Source: Massalongia carnosa
Taxonomy: Eukaryota
Assembly: GCA_965645245.1 (NCBI GenBank)
Contig: OZ287072.1
Coordinates: 2,232,001-2,296,000 of the forward strand
DNA: 64,000 nucleotides
Direction: 5' to 3'
Below, piece by piece: positions 37,169-49,632 of the stretch. The position numbers were made by a program, and so were the translations under genes. The notes below the pieces were generated by a model that searched no databases, was not told the DNA's origin, and saw only the letters and a program-made list of their open reading frames with translations. Position 1 is the stretch's first letter; each line of letters opens with the position of its first letter.

Positions 37169-38430
37169 ATGAGCGATATGGATTCTACCGGCGCTGCAGT
37201 GGAATCAGCAATCCCGATTGTCGATTTCGCCAAATGGAGCCCCGATGCTTCATTCGAGCAGAAGAAAGAGATCGCCGACCAATTGACTGAAGCATGCAAG
37301 AAGGTTGGTTTCGTCTACATAGTGCATCATCCCGTGGCACCAGAGCGATTAGCCGAAGCGTTCGCCTGGTCCCAGAAACTCTTTAACCTTCGGCGCGAGG
37401 AGAAAATGCTGGCGCCTCATCCAAATGGCCCAGCCGTGCATCGTGGATACTCGTGGCCTGGGCTGGAGAAGGTGTCGAACCTGATGGGTGACGAAGACGA
37501 CGCAGACATGGCGAAGAAGGAGCGGCAGATTACGGACGTCAAGGTACCAACCCCCTTCCAGTCGCACCACACGAACTCCACTGAACCCTCCCTTCAGGAA
37601 AGCTACGAGATCGGAAGCGAGAGCAACACCGACCAACCCAACGTCTGGCTTCCCGAGCACGTGCTCCCGGGCTTCCGTGAGTTCACGACGGAATTCTACT
37701 GGGAGTGCCACGAAGCGGCCAAGATGATCCTCCGCGCCATGGCCATCGGCATCGGTCTCCCGGATGAGGAATACTTCCTCGCATCCCACTCCGGCCACAA
37801 CAATCAACTACGCCTGCTGCATTACCCGCCGGTGCCGGCGGCGGATCTAGAAAACCACTCCGTGGCCCGAATGCCGGCGCACTCCGACTGGGGGTCCATC
37901 ACGCTACTTTTTCAAGACGATTGCGGCGGGCTGGAAGTAAGTGTGTCGGCTCGCGTAGATGAAGACCCTCCTTCCTCCCCCCTTTTTGGCTGAACCGACC
38001 CGAAGGTCGAAAATCCCCACCAACCAGGCGATTTCATTGCCGCGCCACCTCTAAAAGACGCCATCATCATGAACGTAGGCGACCTCATGCAACGCTGGAG
38101 CAACGGTATAACCCCCCCCCCCCCCCAACAAAAACCTCCTTCATCTAACCGACCCCTCTTCAAAAAGATATCCTCAAATCGACCCTCCACCGCGTCTCCA
38201 AGCCACCCCTCGCCTCGCGCATCGTCGGCCCCGCCCGCATCACCCGCGCCCGCTACTCCATCCCCTATTTCGTCTCGCCCGTGGGCTCGTCCGTCGTGGC
38301 CTGCCTGCCCGGTTGCACCGACGGCGCACACCCCGTGCGCTACGCGCCCATCTTGTGGGACACGTACCGCCTGATGAGGGCGGGGGCGCATTACGAGGAT
38401 TCGTCGAGGGAGGAGATGGTGGCTGGGTGA
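37169..38430 (+). CDS. 2-oxoglutarate/Fe(II)-dependent dioxygenase (IPNS/DIOX family); introns 37544-37597, 37937-38005, 38106-38167
   Basis: IPIVDF, ACKKVGFVYI, LRLLHYPP, HSDWGSITLLFQD (HxD), MNVGDLMQRWSND.LKSTLHRV, RYSIPYF (RxS). Confidence 0.92.
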
Positions 38431-39008
38431 ATTGTGGATGGGGGGAGGGGGGGGTTTGAGTCGGGTTTGGTGCGCGATGTGACGGGTTCTCGCTTGCGAA
38501 ATCAGCGGTTTAAACGGCGGGAAGATATGATTCATTGCATCACTACGAAGTACATACCTATCTATCCATCAACCAATCAAATCAATGAACAAACAGCAGG
38601 ACTGAACCCTCCCACCTATTTATCTATCTAGCTAGCCACATAGCTCGTAACATTTCCCAACCCTGTTCAGCACACCCCACCACCCAAAGAAACGGGATGG
38701 CATGGTTCAGGCGCAAGGACAGGCATAGGTAGGTGGGTAGGTGGCCCACCTTTCCAAAAAAGCTCTGGTTGGGAATCACACTAGTCTGGAGTATCTGGAT
38801 ACATGGCAACTGGAAGTGAATCGGGGCAATTTGGTTACGGTATGTTATGTATATATGTGCCTTGTTCTATCTCAATGTTTTAAAAATCCCAAAAAACAGG
38901 GGTTGGAAAACCCAAGGATCACTCAGAATGCGTCGGAATGACAACAACAACGATGTACCTACCCCCGAAACGGCGGCAAACACCTACCAGGGCGGTTACG
39001 AAACCCCC

Positions 39009-40537
39009 TCAGTTGTTCACAAAGGTAATGGTCAACGAAGTCGATTGCGTAGTGGTGGAGATGGGCACCTGAGTGCTCCCGCTAGGAACCTCGCTCGCGA
39101 ACCAATCGGTGCTACCGTCCGAGGCGAGGAGCCCGTCAACCGTCTGCGGGAAACTGTCAGCTTTTGGATGAAAATCAAGAAACAACCGTTGCCGTGTGAG
39201 AACGCAGGGAGAGCTTGAAGGTTGCCGTCACGTACCGTGAAGACCGTCGCGGTCGAAACGCCTGAGCCGCAGGTGAGGACGCTGCCAACAATAGCGCATT
39301 TTCCCTTGCTCGACGTGAGGGTAAAACCCGAGCCTTGGAAAGGTCAGCGTGAGGGTGAAAGTCAGCAACAACCCGGAAGCGACAAACCGGAAGCGGTCGC
39401 GGTGAACGATGCGCAGGTTCCCGTCGTAAACCAAGTACCACCGCTGATGATACAACCCAGCTGGGAACCGTTCGTCGTTACCGACAGGGTGCCTTTACCC
39501 GAAGGGGTGCCAGGAGTACGAGGAGAGGATGGGGGCGTTGTTGGAGGGGAGGGGTTGGATCCGCTCCCTTTGGGTAGATACTTGATCCCTGTGGTAGGGC
39601 AGTCGGATTTGGATCCGTCTAAGAACGGAGGTAAGTTAGTTTTGATGACGGGATTCTGACTATCTTGATTGCCCGTTTGTACCTGGTTCCACAGGGACAA
39701 ATGTGCCTGTCTGTACACTCCCTTGCACGTTGAAAAAGTACCAAATCTCATTCAGCGCGGAATTGGCGCACTGTATTGCAACGCTAACTCCTCGAGGAGC
39801 CCTGAGAGCGGCGTTGATCTCGTCGGCCGTGTAGGTAGTGGTAGACGAAGGAACAATGCCAGCAGCCGATAGGAACTAATGACGCTGCCGTTAGTATCTC
39901 GCCGCTATCTAGTCTGGCCTCATTTCGACAAACCTGAAAGGAATCGAGAGTCTTGAAGAGATCGACTGTTTTCTGGAAATAGGCGACAACCTCTTCCTGA
40001 GGAACATAGCTGGTATAGCAGTTCGGCTGCAATGTACTGATACAAGTTCCGTGTTTGCCCCACTCGTGCGCCCAAAAGCTTTCGTCATTGCCTTTGTTAT
40101 CCTTCCAATATGTATTCATATCATCGAGAAGGGCGGTCTGGCCAGCGCCAGAGATGATTGATGAGATATCGGTATAAGCGCGGCTAGGATCGCAGTTGGC
40201 GTCAAACGTGCCATCACAATGATCCGGCCTATGACCTTTAGCTAGCTTTTGCGCACAAGGGTGGTGAAACATACCACAGGCCGTGGATAGTCCATGAATC
40301 CGTCGGTCCCGTGGGTGGGTCCGCGTCCCAAAACTGGGTCTGCAGTAGTTGACCACCAGGGGAGTTGAAGCAACAAGTGTCTTGCACTGCAGCGGTGTTT
40401 TGACAGCTCAGCTGAGGGTTCGAGCATACGGGAGGTGAGCCTCCATGTGCGAAGTAGCCGGTGGATATAAAGGGGATTGAGGAATAAGTCAAAACAAGCT
40501 TGGAGAGCGACCGTAAGGAGGAGAGTAAGGAGGGCAT
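39009..40537 (-). CDS. Ribonuclease T2 family, secreted/vacuolar, with fungal C-terminal extension; multi-exon
   Basis: CAS I WTIHGLW|PD and CAS II FWAHEWGKHGTC; N-terminal CQN...DTCCFNSPGG; SDCPTTGIKYLPK followed by GCIISGGTW; last exon ends SLTITFVNN*. Confidence 0.95.
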
Positions 40538-42112
40538 CTCGTGCGGAAGGTCTTGCTTGCCAGTATCCCAGAAGAACCTGGCGAGCGACGAAAGTTTATA
40601 AGGTGGTCCATCTCGGAGCACTTCTTGCATCTCGGAGCAGTTCCTGGAACTACGACGCCTTCCAATCTTGCAATGACGCGTGAGCTGCAGCTGGCTGCCG
40701 CGTCTATTGACCGTTGAGATGATTCTTCTAGGATTTCCGGCCGTTACTGGACTCTAGTCTGTGGAACGGAGGAGAGTTAGCGACTTGACAATGGGACTGA
40801 GTCGCGACAACCAATGCTTTGGGGCAGGTGTCAAGCTGTAGACATGACAGTGACTGATTCTAGAGAGAGCACGCCCTCACGTCGTGGAGTCTGATTCGAT
40901 GCTTTGACGGACCTTCCCAAAAAGTCATCTGCTCCATTGAGCGAGCACGGGAGCACCCACGCATGCTTAACCCAAGATCCATGAAACAAAGATCGGAGGA
41001 ACGAGATGCGCGACTGCGGACCACATGCAAGGTACTACATATGACATGGAAAGGAATAGTCAGGGTCGATCTCTTTGGCATCTAGTTGTAGCCTACACGA
41101 CGATGAGGGAGGAGTTGCTGAATGAGGCAATACAAATCCGGGGCCGAGGCACAAAAGCGAATGCGCCACATAAAGACGCCAACCACAAGGCTGACTGTAC
41201 GCCACATTCACAATGCCATTCTCTTCATCCTTATCCCTTCGATCAACTCTCTCATTGAGTTTCTCCGAACCATATCTTACCTTCAAAAATGCCATACCTA
41301 AACCTATCGATAATTGTGTGCACATGCCATCTTGAAGGGAATATAAGTTGTCGATTCCATACCTCTATCCACCCATTCCATTTCCTACCCCTTTTCAATC
41401 AACCAACTAATCAATAAATCACCCAACTACACACACCCTTTCTCAAAAAGTCTTAATTGCAAAAATAAAATAAAAACCCCTCGAACTTCCGTACCCCAGA
41501 ACAGCAATAGGTATGCCTGCCTACCGATCCTGCTCGTATACCTCACTCTAATAATCTAACTATCCGAGCCTATGGGGTATATAGTTATCACGTATTAGGA
41601 AATACCTACCTACCTATAATCTAGGCCGGTTTTTTTTTTCTTTCTTTTCGCTAGAAGCGACGCGGGGTGGTCTCACTCACATTCAGGCAAGGTTCAGCGA
41701 TGCATATGCATGGCAAGGTAAAGAAAGAAAGAACGAATGAAAAACCTGGTAATATGGTTGTTTGAAGATATTAAATGATGGAAGAGAGAATGCGTGGTAT
41801 GTACAAGTACAGCGTACAAGTACAAGAATCTGTCTGAATTTTAACTTCCCCCGGGTTTTCGTGAAACCGGATTGAACGTATGAATGTATGAATGTATGAA
41901 TGATTAGCTAGACGAGAGGGGAGTGGAGTAGTGATGATGCTTCCAATGGAATGACGTACCCGAAAGCCCTTCAGAAGATCCGAACAATCGAACCGATTAT
42001 GCGCTTTCCATTCATTCATGTCGAAACCTCCCCTCTCCTTCCCCTGCCTCCCCCACCCCAAAACACCCATGTCTCGGAAAATCACGCCGCAGATATACCA
42101 TCTCTACTCTGC

Positions 42113-43411
42113 CTACGGCCTTTCCAGCCTCCGAGTCCGCGCCCACTCCGCCCATCGCACCACCCCTTCCCTATCCATTCCCGGCGGGAAAAACCCATGA
42201 TGAGCGCTAAAGTCATCGACGAGGTCGCAGTCCGCCTGCAGGCTCGCGCGGCGGCGGCGGCCCACCACGCGGTCCCTGCCCGCGCTATCCTCGTCCGCGT
42301 CTAGCGTGCGCTCCCACGCCTGCCACACCGCCGAAGGTGGGTTGCCGTATCCCCAGGGGCAGTGCGCGGGCGTGAAGCACCGCCGGCCGTTGTGCCGGTA
42401 GAGGTGGTGCCGGTAGTGGGCGATGGTGGCCGGAACGCCGCAGCGCGCCGAAGTGCATAGCCTAGGCTCACTGCGGTCGTCGGCGGGAGGATGGGGGATG
42501 GATCCGTGGCCGATGATGGCGATTGGGGCCCCAGGGGCGCGCAAGAATTGGCGGCTGTAAGGGGAGGGCTCGTATGGGGGTTCGGTACCGCGGGGAACGT
42601 TGGGGCGTACACGTGCTGCTAGCGGAGTGGCTACCAAGGAGGATTGCCAAAGTCCGGGCCTCGCGGGGAATGGCTCGATCGGGCCATGGCTGTTGGGAGC
42701 GTTGACTGATGAACGGGCCGATGGGGGATTCAGAGGGGCGAAGGATGGCGACCAGAGGGCAAGACCGTGGGGATCGGGCGCCCATGGGTTGCGCAGTTGG
42801 TGGCGGTAGAGGGGCGGGGGGGGAAGGTGCCTTGGATGTGAAGGATCGGGGTTTTGGAACGTCGCTTGCCATACTGGATCCATGACGCGAACTTGGGGGA
42901 TCCAGACATTGTTCCTTGGAGCCCGACCTGGAAGGGATGCTTGGGATCTTGAGGAATCCGCGACCGGTTTCTCTTGCTGGACATGATCCGCTTCCAAATC
43001 TTCTATCTTGTCCATGGCGTCTTCTTCTTCTTCGTCCATGACGTCTTCATCGTCCTCATCCTCGATCGTTTCCTCTTCTTCGGGACCTCGTTCTTCCTCG
43101 GAGCCCTCGTCCTCAACGTTAGCATCCTCCTCCATACCATCCTCTACAACATCCTCTACAACATCGTTCTCCACATCTTCTTTATCCTCGACGTCTTCCT
43201 CGTCGTCTTCCGCCTCCAAGTCCAGTAGCGCCTGACCGCGAGCGGTGAGAGGGTTAGGTTCCGGCCAGCCCGAGGCGGAAATCTGGAATGCCGAAAAATC
43301 ATCTTCTATGTGGGCTTGACTGTCGCGCGCCGCTTGCCCGCGGGTTCTGCGAGCGGTGATCGGCATGTCGCGCCCTGCTTGGCTGCGTGATCTGCGAGTG
43401 TTAACGGGCAT
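42113..43411 (-). CDS. Hypothetical protein: basic N-terminus, long Asp/Glu tract, Pro-rich linker, small Cys/His/Trp C-terminal domain
   Basis: Single long ORF (496 aa in the track; probable start MPVNTRR at 43411) with a modular composition. Confidence 0.65.
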   Translation of the reverse strand: MPVNTRRSRSQAGRDMPITARRTRGQAARDSQAHIEDDFSAFQISASGWPEPNPLTARGQALLDLEAEDDEEDVEDKEDVENDVVEDVVEDGMEEDANVEDEGSEEERGPEEEETIEDEDDEDVMDEEEEDAMDKIEDLEADHVQQEKPVADSSRSQASLPGRAPRNNVWIPQVRVMDPVWQATFQNPDPSHPRHLPPPPLYRHQLRNPWAPDPHGLALWSPSFAPLNPPSARSSVNAPNSHGPIEPFPARPGLWQSSLVATPLAARVRPNVPRGTEPPYEPSPYSRQFLRAPGAPIAIIGHGSIPHPPADDRSEPRLCTSARCGVPATIAHYRHHLYRHNGRRCFTPAHCPWGYGNPPSAVWQAWERTLDADEDSAGRDRVVGRRRRASLQADCDLVDDFSAHHGFFPPGMDREGVVRWAEWARTRRLERP

Positions 43412-45261
43412 GGCGGGCAGAATCGTAAGGTTGGAATGTTGGGTACCTAGGTAGTTGCTGTCGGATGAACTAATTGAAGGATATGCTGGAGAAAGCTGGG
43501 GGATTTTGATATCTGCTCGTACTGTATGGGAAAGTATGCGGTTATTGATGGTGTACGAGAGGGGCGCTGTCTTATAACATATCCGCTGGAGCAGGCGGAA
43601 CATTTTGGCGGCGTCTGGGCCCTATCTGGACGCGTCGTTGTGATATCTTGACGGTTGCCCGGAAGTGTTCTTGGATACGATCTTTTTCCTTTGTTGATAT
43701 TTCCAACACTCATTGCTCACATCATTAACAAGAGATCGAAACCACGTTTCTTTGGGGATATGCACAAAATTTAGAGAACAATGAAATTGTTCTCTGTGTC
43801 TGTAAAAACAAGAATGAAACGCTTTTCAGCATCCATCTTTATTCCGAGAAAAAACTCAAGACTCAGCGAAAGCCGAAAGGAAGCCAGAGTATCCCAGTTG
43901 CCAGCGCAGGCTATTTCTGGGGTTGCCCCCCTCCGCCATTTTTCGAACTTTGACCCATGAACGAATTGGAAACATAAGAACACAGAAGCTTAGAAAACCA
44001 GCCGAACGGCCTCAGGGGCTTCCAGGGCATGGACTTGGATTCCATCAACGTTCATCCAGCTGGAGAATCACCATGACTGGTTATCCTCTCTCTGGCCTAG
44101 ATGGAGGCCTCAAAAAAACTGCTTCCCAAGCCTGATCGCTTTGAACTGTTAGCAAGAACTGCGAGAACACCAAGGAAATCCCAACCTTTCACATATCTTG
44201 GCGTATGCTGGTGAAAGGAAAGGAAAGTTGGGAGTGGATGTCACGTGCCTAGTCGGACTGTTAAAGGGATTAAATTACGACTAGCTTCGTATTTCCCAGT
44301 GGATCAACATCCCTATATCTACTCCGTACAGAGCGCTTCGGTGCATTTACTTCAAAAGTTCTTCCTTCAACCCTTTGGATCATGGCACTGCTAGAAACTA
44401 GCTCCACCGCTATCCTTCTTGCTTCGGACAATGTTCCTACATCTCCGTCTTCTAGACACGGAACTCATGGTGAGTACTTGTCGTTATGAGCATCGCAGAC
44501 TCTTGTGTACCGCCTCCGTGAACATTCTTTGTGGAAATCTCCCTTTTGGCGATGAATGAGTCAGTGCAAAGCTACTCGTGTCCTATGAAACAAAGAGGAT
44601 GAAATCGTGGGTGAATCTCTCTTGAAGCGGCATATTTGTCATCGTACCAGAAACAACCACATTCATCCATATCCCCCCTCCTCCAAAAACCCCATTCTCA
44701 TGAACAAACTGGCCACACACCACATACCTACACCTACGTAACTCATTCCATACTCTCAATAGCGCCACCGTTCGTGACCTTCCGCTCAGCACCAAGATCT
44801 TCTTGCGCGGGTATAAAGATATGCAGACAAGTAGATAGGTAAGTAGACAGATGGATAGATAGATGGATAACAAGATGAGATGCGAGACCAATAATTACCA
44901 ATATGTTGAGGTGGATACTCTAACCGATACTGGGGCTGCGGAGCTATGGTAGACGAAGGAAAGAAAGGGTTAGATTACAGAAACTGGTGTTGGGGAGGAG
45001 GGAAGGAGTTTATCGGATCGGGACGAAGGGGACTGACTGCTCTAGGCTAGGGAAAGTGGCGCGGAGGTGGTCTGCAAGTCGTTGGGTAGGAAAGCCAAGA
45101 TCGATGGGCCCGGAGACGGCTCGAAAACTGATGTTGTGTTATGGTGTTGAAAAGGGGGAAAGTACGAGGTAGCCAAGAGGTGGAGACGAAACCAAATTCG
45201 CTGTCGCGTTGATTATCTAATTCATGGGCCATCGTGAATAATGCCGCTACGCCGAACCGAA

Positions 45262-48200
45262 TCACTTCGTTGACGCCGTTACCACAAACAGACTCTCGTC
45301 GATTCCCTCCCTTTCCACCCCATCCACCCCAATCACGCTGCCCATCGCGTACCGCTTGTCCCACGATCGCACCTCCTTGTCCCGCTGTGCCCGCGCCATG
45401 AGTGCCATGCCCTTGAAATCGTCCAGCATACTGCTCCCGCACATATAGAGCAAGATGCTGGCCACCGTCTCGGGCTGGCGCACTAGCGCGGGCATGCGCT
45501 TGCGACACAGCATCCAGAGGATGCCGAGTAGCATCAGCGAGAGCACGCTGATGGTGAGGTAGCTCGAGGCGCGGTAGGTGATGTATGCGAGGCCGGCTTG
45601 GAAGGGAATGTTGGAGAGCGCGACGATCAGGGGCTCGCATAGGATGGCGACGAAGCTGATATAGGCGTTGAAGAAATGCCCGTTGCGAAGGGAGTAGAAG
45701 ATACCGGTGAAGGGGTTGGTGTGGGGGGCAAGGAGGATGCTGTTGGAGGCTTTGACCTCGCCGGATAGGAGTTGCCGGTACGGTTCCATGTTCCGATTTA
45801 CTAAAATTGCGCAGTTAGCGGATAGCATTGAAGGGGGTTGGCCGGGGCTTGGGAATCGAAGACTTGCCAGAATCGAGCAGTGACCAGTACATTTTCAGCA
45901 TCACGCCAATGGCCGTGAACAAGAAGCCCACTCCAAAAGACTGACCGTCCATAAACCTTTCAAATCTAGTGTCACCTTCCGTCTTGCCGTAGTAAATGAT
46001 CCACACCTCGAGACCCACAACAAGGACCGCGAAGATAACAATGGTAATGGGATGCACAAAAATATTGGTCAAAGTCCGCTGCGGCAACGGGCGGGTGTGT
46101 TCCTCCATAGCCGTGACGGAAACCGAGGCATATTTCTTGCCAGCATGGGTCGATGTTTGTGCATGCAACTGCACTGCTGCAGGGTCTTGATAACACATCA
46201 CGAGCCCGTAAGCAGGATTTCCTTCATCATCGACGTAATTGGTGATCCGATACTGGCGTCCCCGGAGTCCAGACGTGATCATCTTGGTACTTGTACAGTA
46301 AGGGTTGAGGCGACGGAAGCTTTCTATCACCTGAGAATTCTGGAAAAGGGTCGCCAAGCCTGCGATGCTGAGCGGATTCGCATACACACCGCTTCTTCCA
46401 CGAAGGATCGCAACAACCAGAGCGAGTGTCACGACTGCGATAAAAGCCAGCAGACCCTCTAAAATTCTGGCTGCGACAGGATACACATTCAAGCTTGGCG
46501 TGCATGCCTTTCTCCCTGACGTTGCCGTGCACTCCCCAACAAATCCGATGAAAACCGATTCGGAGGCAAGCGGAGGCACTATTAACACGACCATCGAAGC
46601 CAGGCCGGACCACCAGACGAGAAAATGTCCTTTCCGGAAAGCATTAAACGTGGCAACAATGCTGATTGACGCTCTATAATCCAATGCTATCGAGTTCTCG
46701 GCGCTCACTCCCTCCGGTCGTTGCAGCTGATAGAACGGCTCGATCTCTTGAATGGCAGAAGCTAGCAGATACCACGGAATGCTGAAGACCACGGCTAACA
46801 GCGTTGGGAGAATGGCCCCGATGAGATATTCCTTCGGAGTAACGCTATACTTCTGTTGCGGCTGCGAAGCGTCCGAGACCGAAACCGATCCGCTTGGCCA
46901 AACGACGACAATTTTCCCGTCAGCTAGGGTGGCGGTGGTCGGCGTAGCCGTCGCAAATGTGGAGCCGCCGATCACCACGATCCCGTTGGAGCCGACGGAA
47001 AAAGTCTCTCCTTGAAATATGCCTGTTTGAGCAGGCGCTGTGGTCTGCAGGGGGTGACCGGATGAAAGCCCAGCAATAGCGGCGAAAGGCGTTTGGTTTG
47101 CTTGCTGCGCAGCGTTCAAGACCAAGATCGATCCGCTTGAGATAGCGACAATTTTCCCGTCAGCTAGGGTGGCGGTAGTCGGCGTAGCCGTCGCAAATGT
47201 GGAGCCGTCGATCACCACGATCCCATTGGAGCCGACGGAATAGGGCTCTCCTTGAAATATGCCCGTTTGAGCAGGTGCTGTGGTCTGCAGAGGGTTACCG
47301 GGTGAAAGCGTAGCGTCCAAGACCAAGATTGATCCGCTTGAGATAACGACGACTTTCCCATTAGCCAAAGTGGCCATCGTTGGCGTAGCCGTTGCGAACG
47401 TTGAGCCTCCAACCACCACAATTCCGTTGGAGCCAACGGAATAGGACACTCCTTGGAACATGCCCGTTTGAGCCGGCGGCGTCGTGATCTGTATGGGGCT
47501 ATCGGATGACAGTGTAACAAAACCTGCGGCTTTCTGGGGAGGCGTTTGGTTGGCTTGCAGAGATGCCGCTTCAGCCGAGTTAGTGCTGCGACAATCGAGC
47601 ACGTTAGCTCACCAAATCAATTTTGACGGCTGTAGCATTGGAGTAGGTGAACGAGGAACATGGATACTTACGCAGATGGAAGAGGCTGAGAAATCTGAAG
47701 GACAAATGGTTGCTGGGATGCTAGAACGCTAGAAGCATGGGTGAGCGAGAGGAAATCAGACGATGGCACTGCTGGGGCGTGGACACTCTCAGCGAGCGTG
47801 GTGGAAATGGGTAGAAAGGCTCCTAGCTTGGGCGCTCCAGGGCGAACAGGGGTCATTGAAGATCCATCGGGTTTAGCATCTTCTCCACCTTTAGTCACCA
47901 CTGGAGCGTTTGTGCCCGGTAGATCAGCCGACGGACCGGCAGCTTCTGTAAAACTTTCGTCACTTATCGGGAGAAAGGCCGAAGGGGCTGCAAACTGTAA
48001 GGTGGTTCGTTGAGAATCTGAGATAGGTAACGCATCCCGGCTTGGCGTTGCCGCTGCTGGGGGGTTTGAGATGGGGAGAAACTTCGTTTGATCTGGCGCA
48101 GGTTGTGGAGGTAGCGTTGAAGGATCGTGTATAGGCAAGAAATTGGATGGGGCGGGGGTCGAGGTGGGATCTCCGTCTAATATAGACAGAAAGTTCGATG

Positions 48201-49632
48201 GCGCGGGGGTTGAGGCGGGATCTCCATTTGATATGGGCAAGAAATTGGATGAGGCGGGAGTTGAAGCAGGATCTCCGTTTGATATAGGCAGAAAGTTCGA
48301 TGGCGCGGGGGTTGAGGTGGGATCTCCATTTGATATAGGCAAGAAATTGGAAGGCGCGGGGGTTGAAGTAGGATCTCCATTTGATATAGGTAAGAAATTG
48401 GATGGGGCGGGGGTCGAAGCAGGATCTCCGTTTGATATAGGCAGAAAGTTCGATGGCGCGGGGGTTGAGGTGGGATCTCCGTTTGATGTAGGTAAGAAAT
48501 TGGATGGGGCGGGGGTTGAGGTGGGATCTCCGTTTGATATAGGTAAAAAATTGGATGGAGCGGGGGTTGAAGTAGGATCTCCGTTTGATATAGGCAGAAA
48601 GTTCGATGGCGCGGGGGTTGAGGTGGGATCTCCATTTGATATAGGTAAGAAATTGGATGGAGCGGGGGTTGAGGTGGGATCTCCATTTGATATGGGCAAG
48701 AAATTGGATGGGGCGGGGGTTGAAGTGGGATCTCCATTTGATATAGGTAGAAAATTGGATGGGGCGGGGGTTGAGGTGGGATCTCCATTTGATATAGGCA
48801 AGAAATTGGATGGAGCGGGGGTTGAAGTGGGATCTCCATTTGATATAGGCAAGAAATTGGATGGAGCGGGGGTTGAAGTGGGATCTCCATTTGATATAGG
48901 CAAGAAATTGGATGGAGCGGGGGTTGAAGTGGGATCTCCATTTGATATAGGCAAGAAATTGGATGGAGCGGGGGTTGAGGTGGGATCTCCGTTTGATATA
49001 GGCAAGAAGCTGGATGGGGCGGGGTTTGATGGGGCGGGAATTGACGCGGGTTCATTGGGCTTGATGGGCAGGAAGTCGGTCGGTGCAGCTGAAGAGTGGA
49101 GTTCATTGGGTAGAATAGACAAGACATTCGATGGAGCGGCGGTCGGGGTGGGCTCTCCCGCGCGGGCGGATAAAAAGTTGGGGGGGCTTTCAGTACCTGT
49201 CGATTCGTCCGCCTCGATGGGTAGGTGTGCTGACGTGTCGGCGTCGAGCGCAATCGATGTGGTCGGTGAAGCATTCGTGACTAGATTCCGCATTCCCGTT
49301 AACCGCAATGCTTCCTCTCCCCATCAATCATTCCTACCTCGTTGCGGGTCGGCGCGCGGATCTCTCAAGTCTAGGACGTTCCATGCCGCTCTTCGCCACA
49401 ACTTGTCTTTCATTTCTGTCGCGATGCCATTGCTATCCCGATGGGGCAGGCGACGGCATGCTAGCTCCGTCACGCCTATTAAGCTCACGGTGAATGCTAG
49501 AAGGAACAACAACGAAGGAAGTCGTGTGATGGTTGGCTGGTAAAGACCGTGGCGATCTACACATGAAGTGGTCAGAGGGTAAACACATTCTGACGAGGTA
49601 TTACTCCGCAATCACTGACCTGACGACATCAT
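45262..49632 (-). CDS. DUF3433-type multi-pass membrane protein (~1,370 aa, 5 exons) with a large repeat-rich extracellular region
   Basis: Phase-compatible splicing joins MMSS|DRHGLYQP..TM..|546-aa ORF|595-aa ORF|188-aa ORF. Duplicated DUF3433-like segments LPTLLAVVFSIPW...EIEPFYQL and LFTAIGVMLKMYW...MEPYRQL; ANPLSIAGLATL and RQPETVAS..Y.C.S motifs. Confidence 0.85.
46890..47480 (-). repeat. Three copies of a ~55-aa beta-rich coding repeat (PAQTGIFQG..YSVGSNGIVVI.GSTFATATPTTATLADGKIV.ISSGSILVL)
   Basis: Copies spaced about 201 and 240 bp within the 595-aa ORF. Confidence 0.9.
48141..49020 (-). repeat. 51-bp coding minisatellite, 17 full copies of PSNFLPISNGDPTSTPA
   Basis: Counted from the translation; variation is mostly at third codon positions; degenerate FLPI copies flank both sides. 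Confidence 0.97.

Noticed and set aside
48141..49020. CRISPR array or Kex2-processed repeat (RiPP) precursor
   Set aside because: Repeats are head to tail with no unique spacers, in a fungal genome with no cas genes. There are no KR/RR sites between units and no DUF3328/UstY gene was seen nearby.
48143..49543. 466-aa plus-strand ORF and 365-aa alternative minus-frame ORF over the minisatellite
   Set aside because: Shadows of a stop-free 51-bp repeat; only the 47668-49308 frame splices in phase with the flanking DUF3433 exons.
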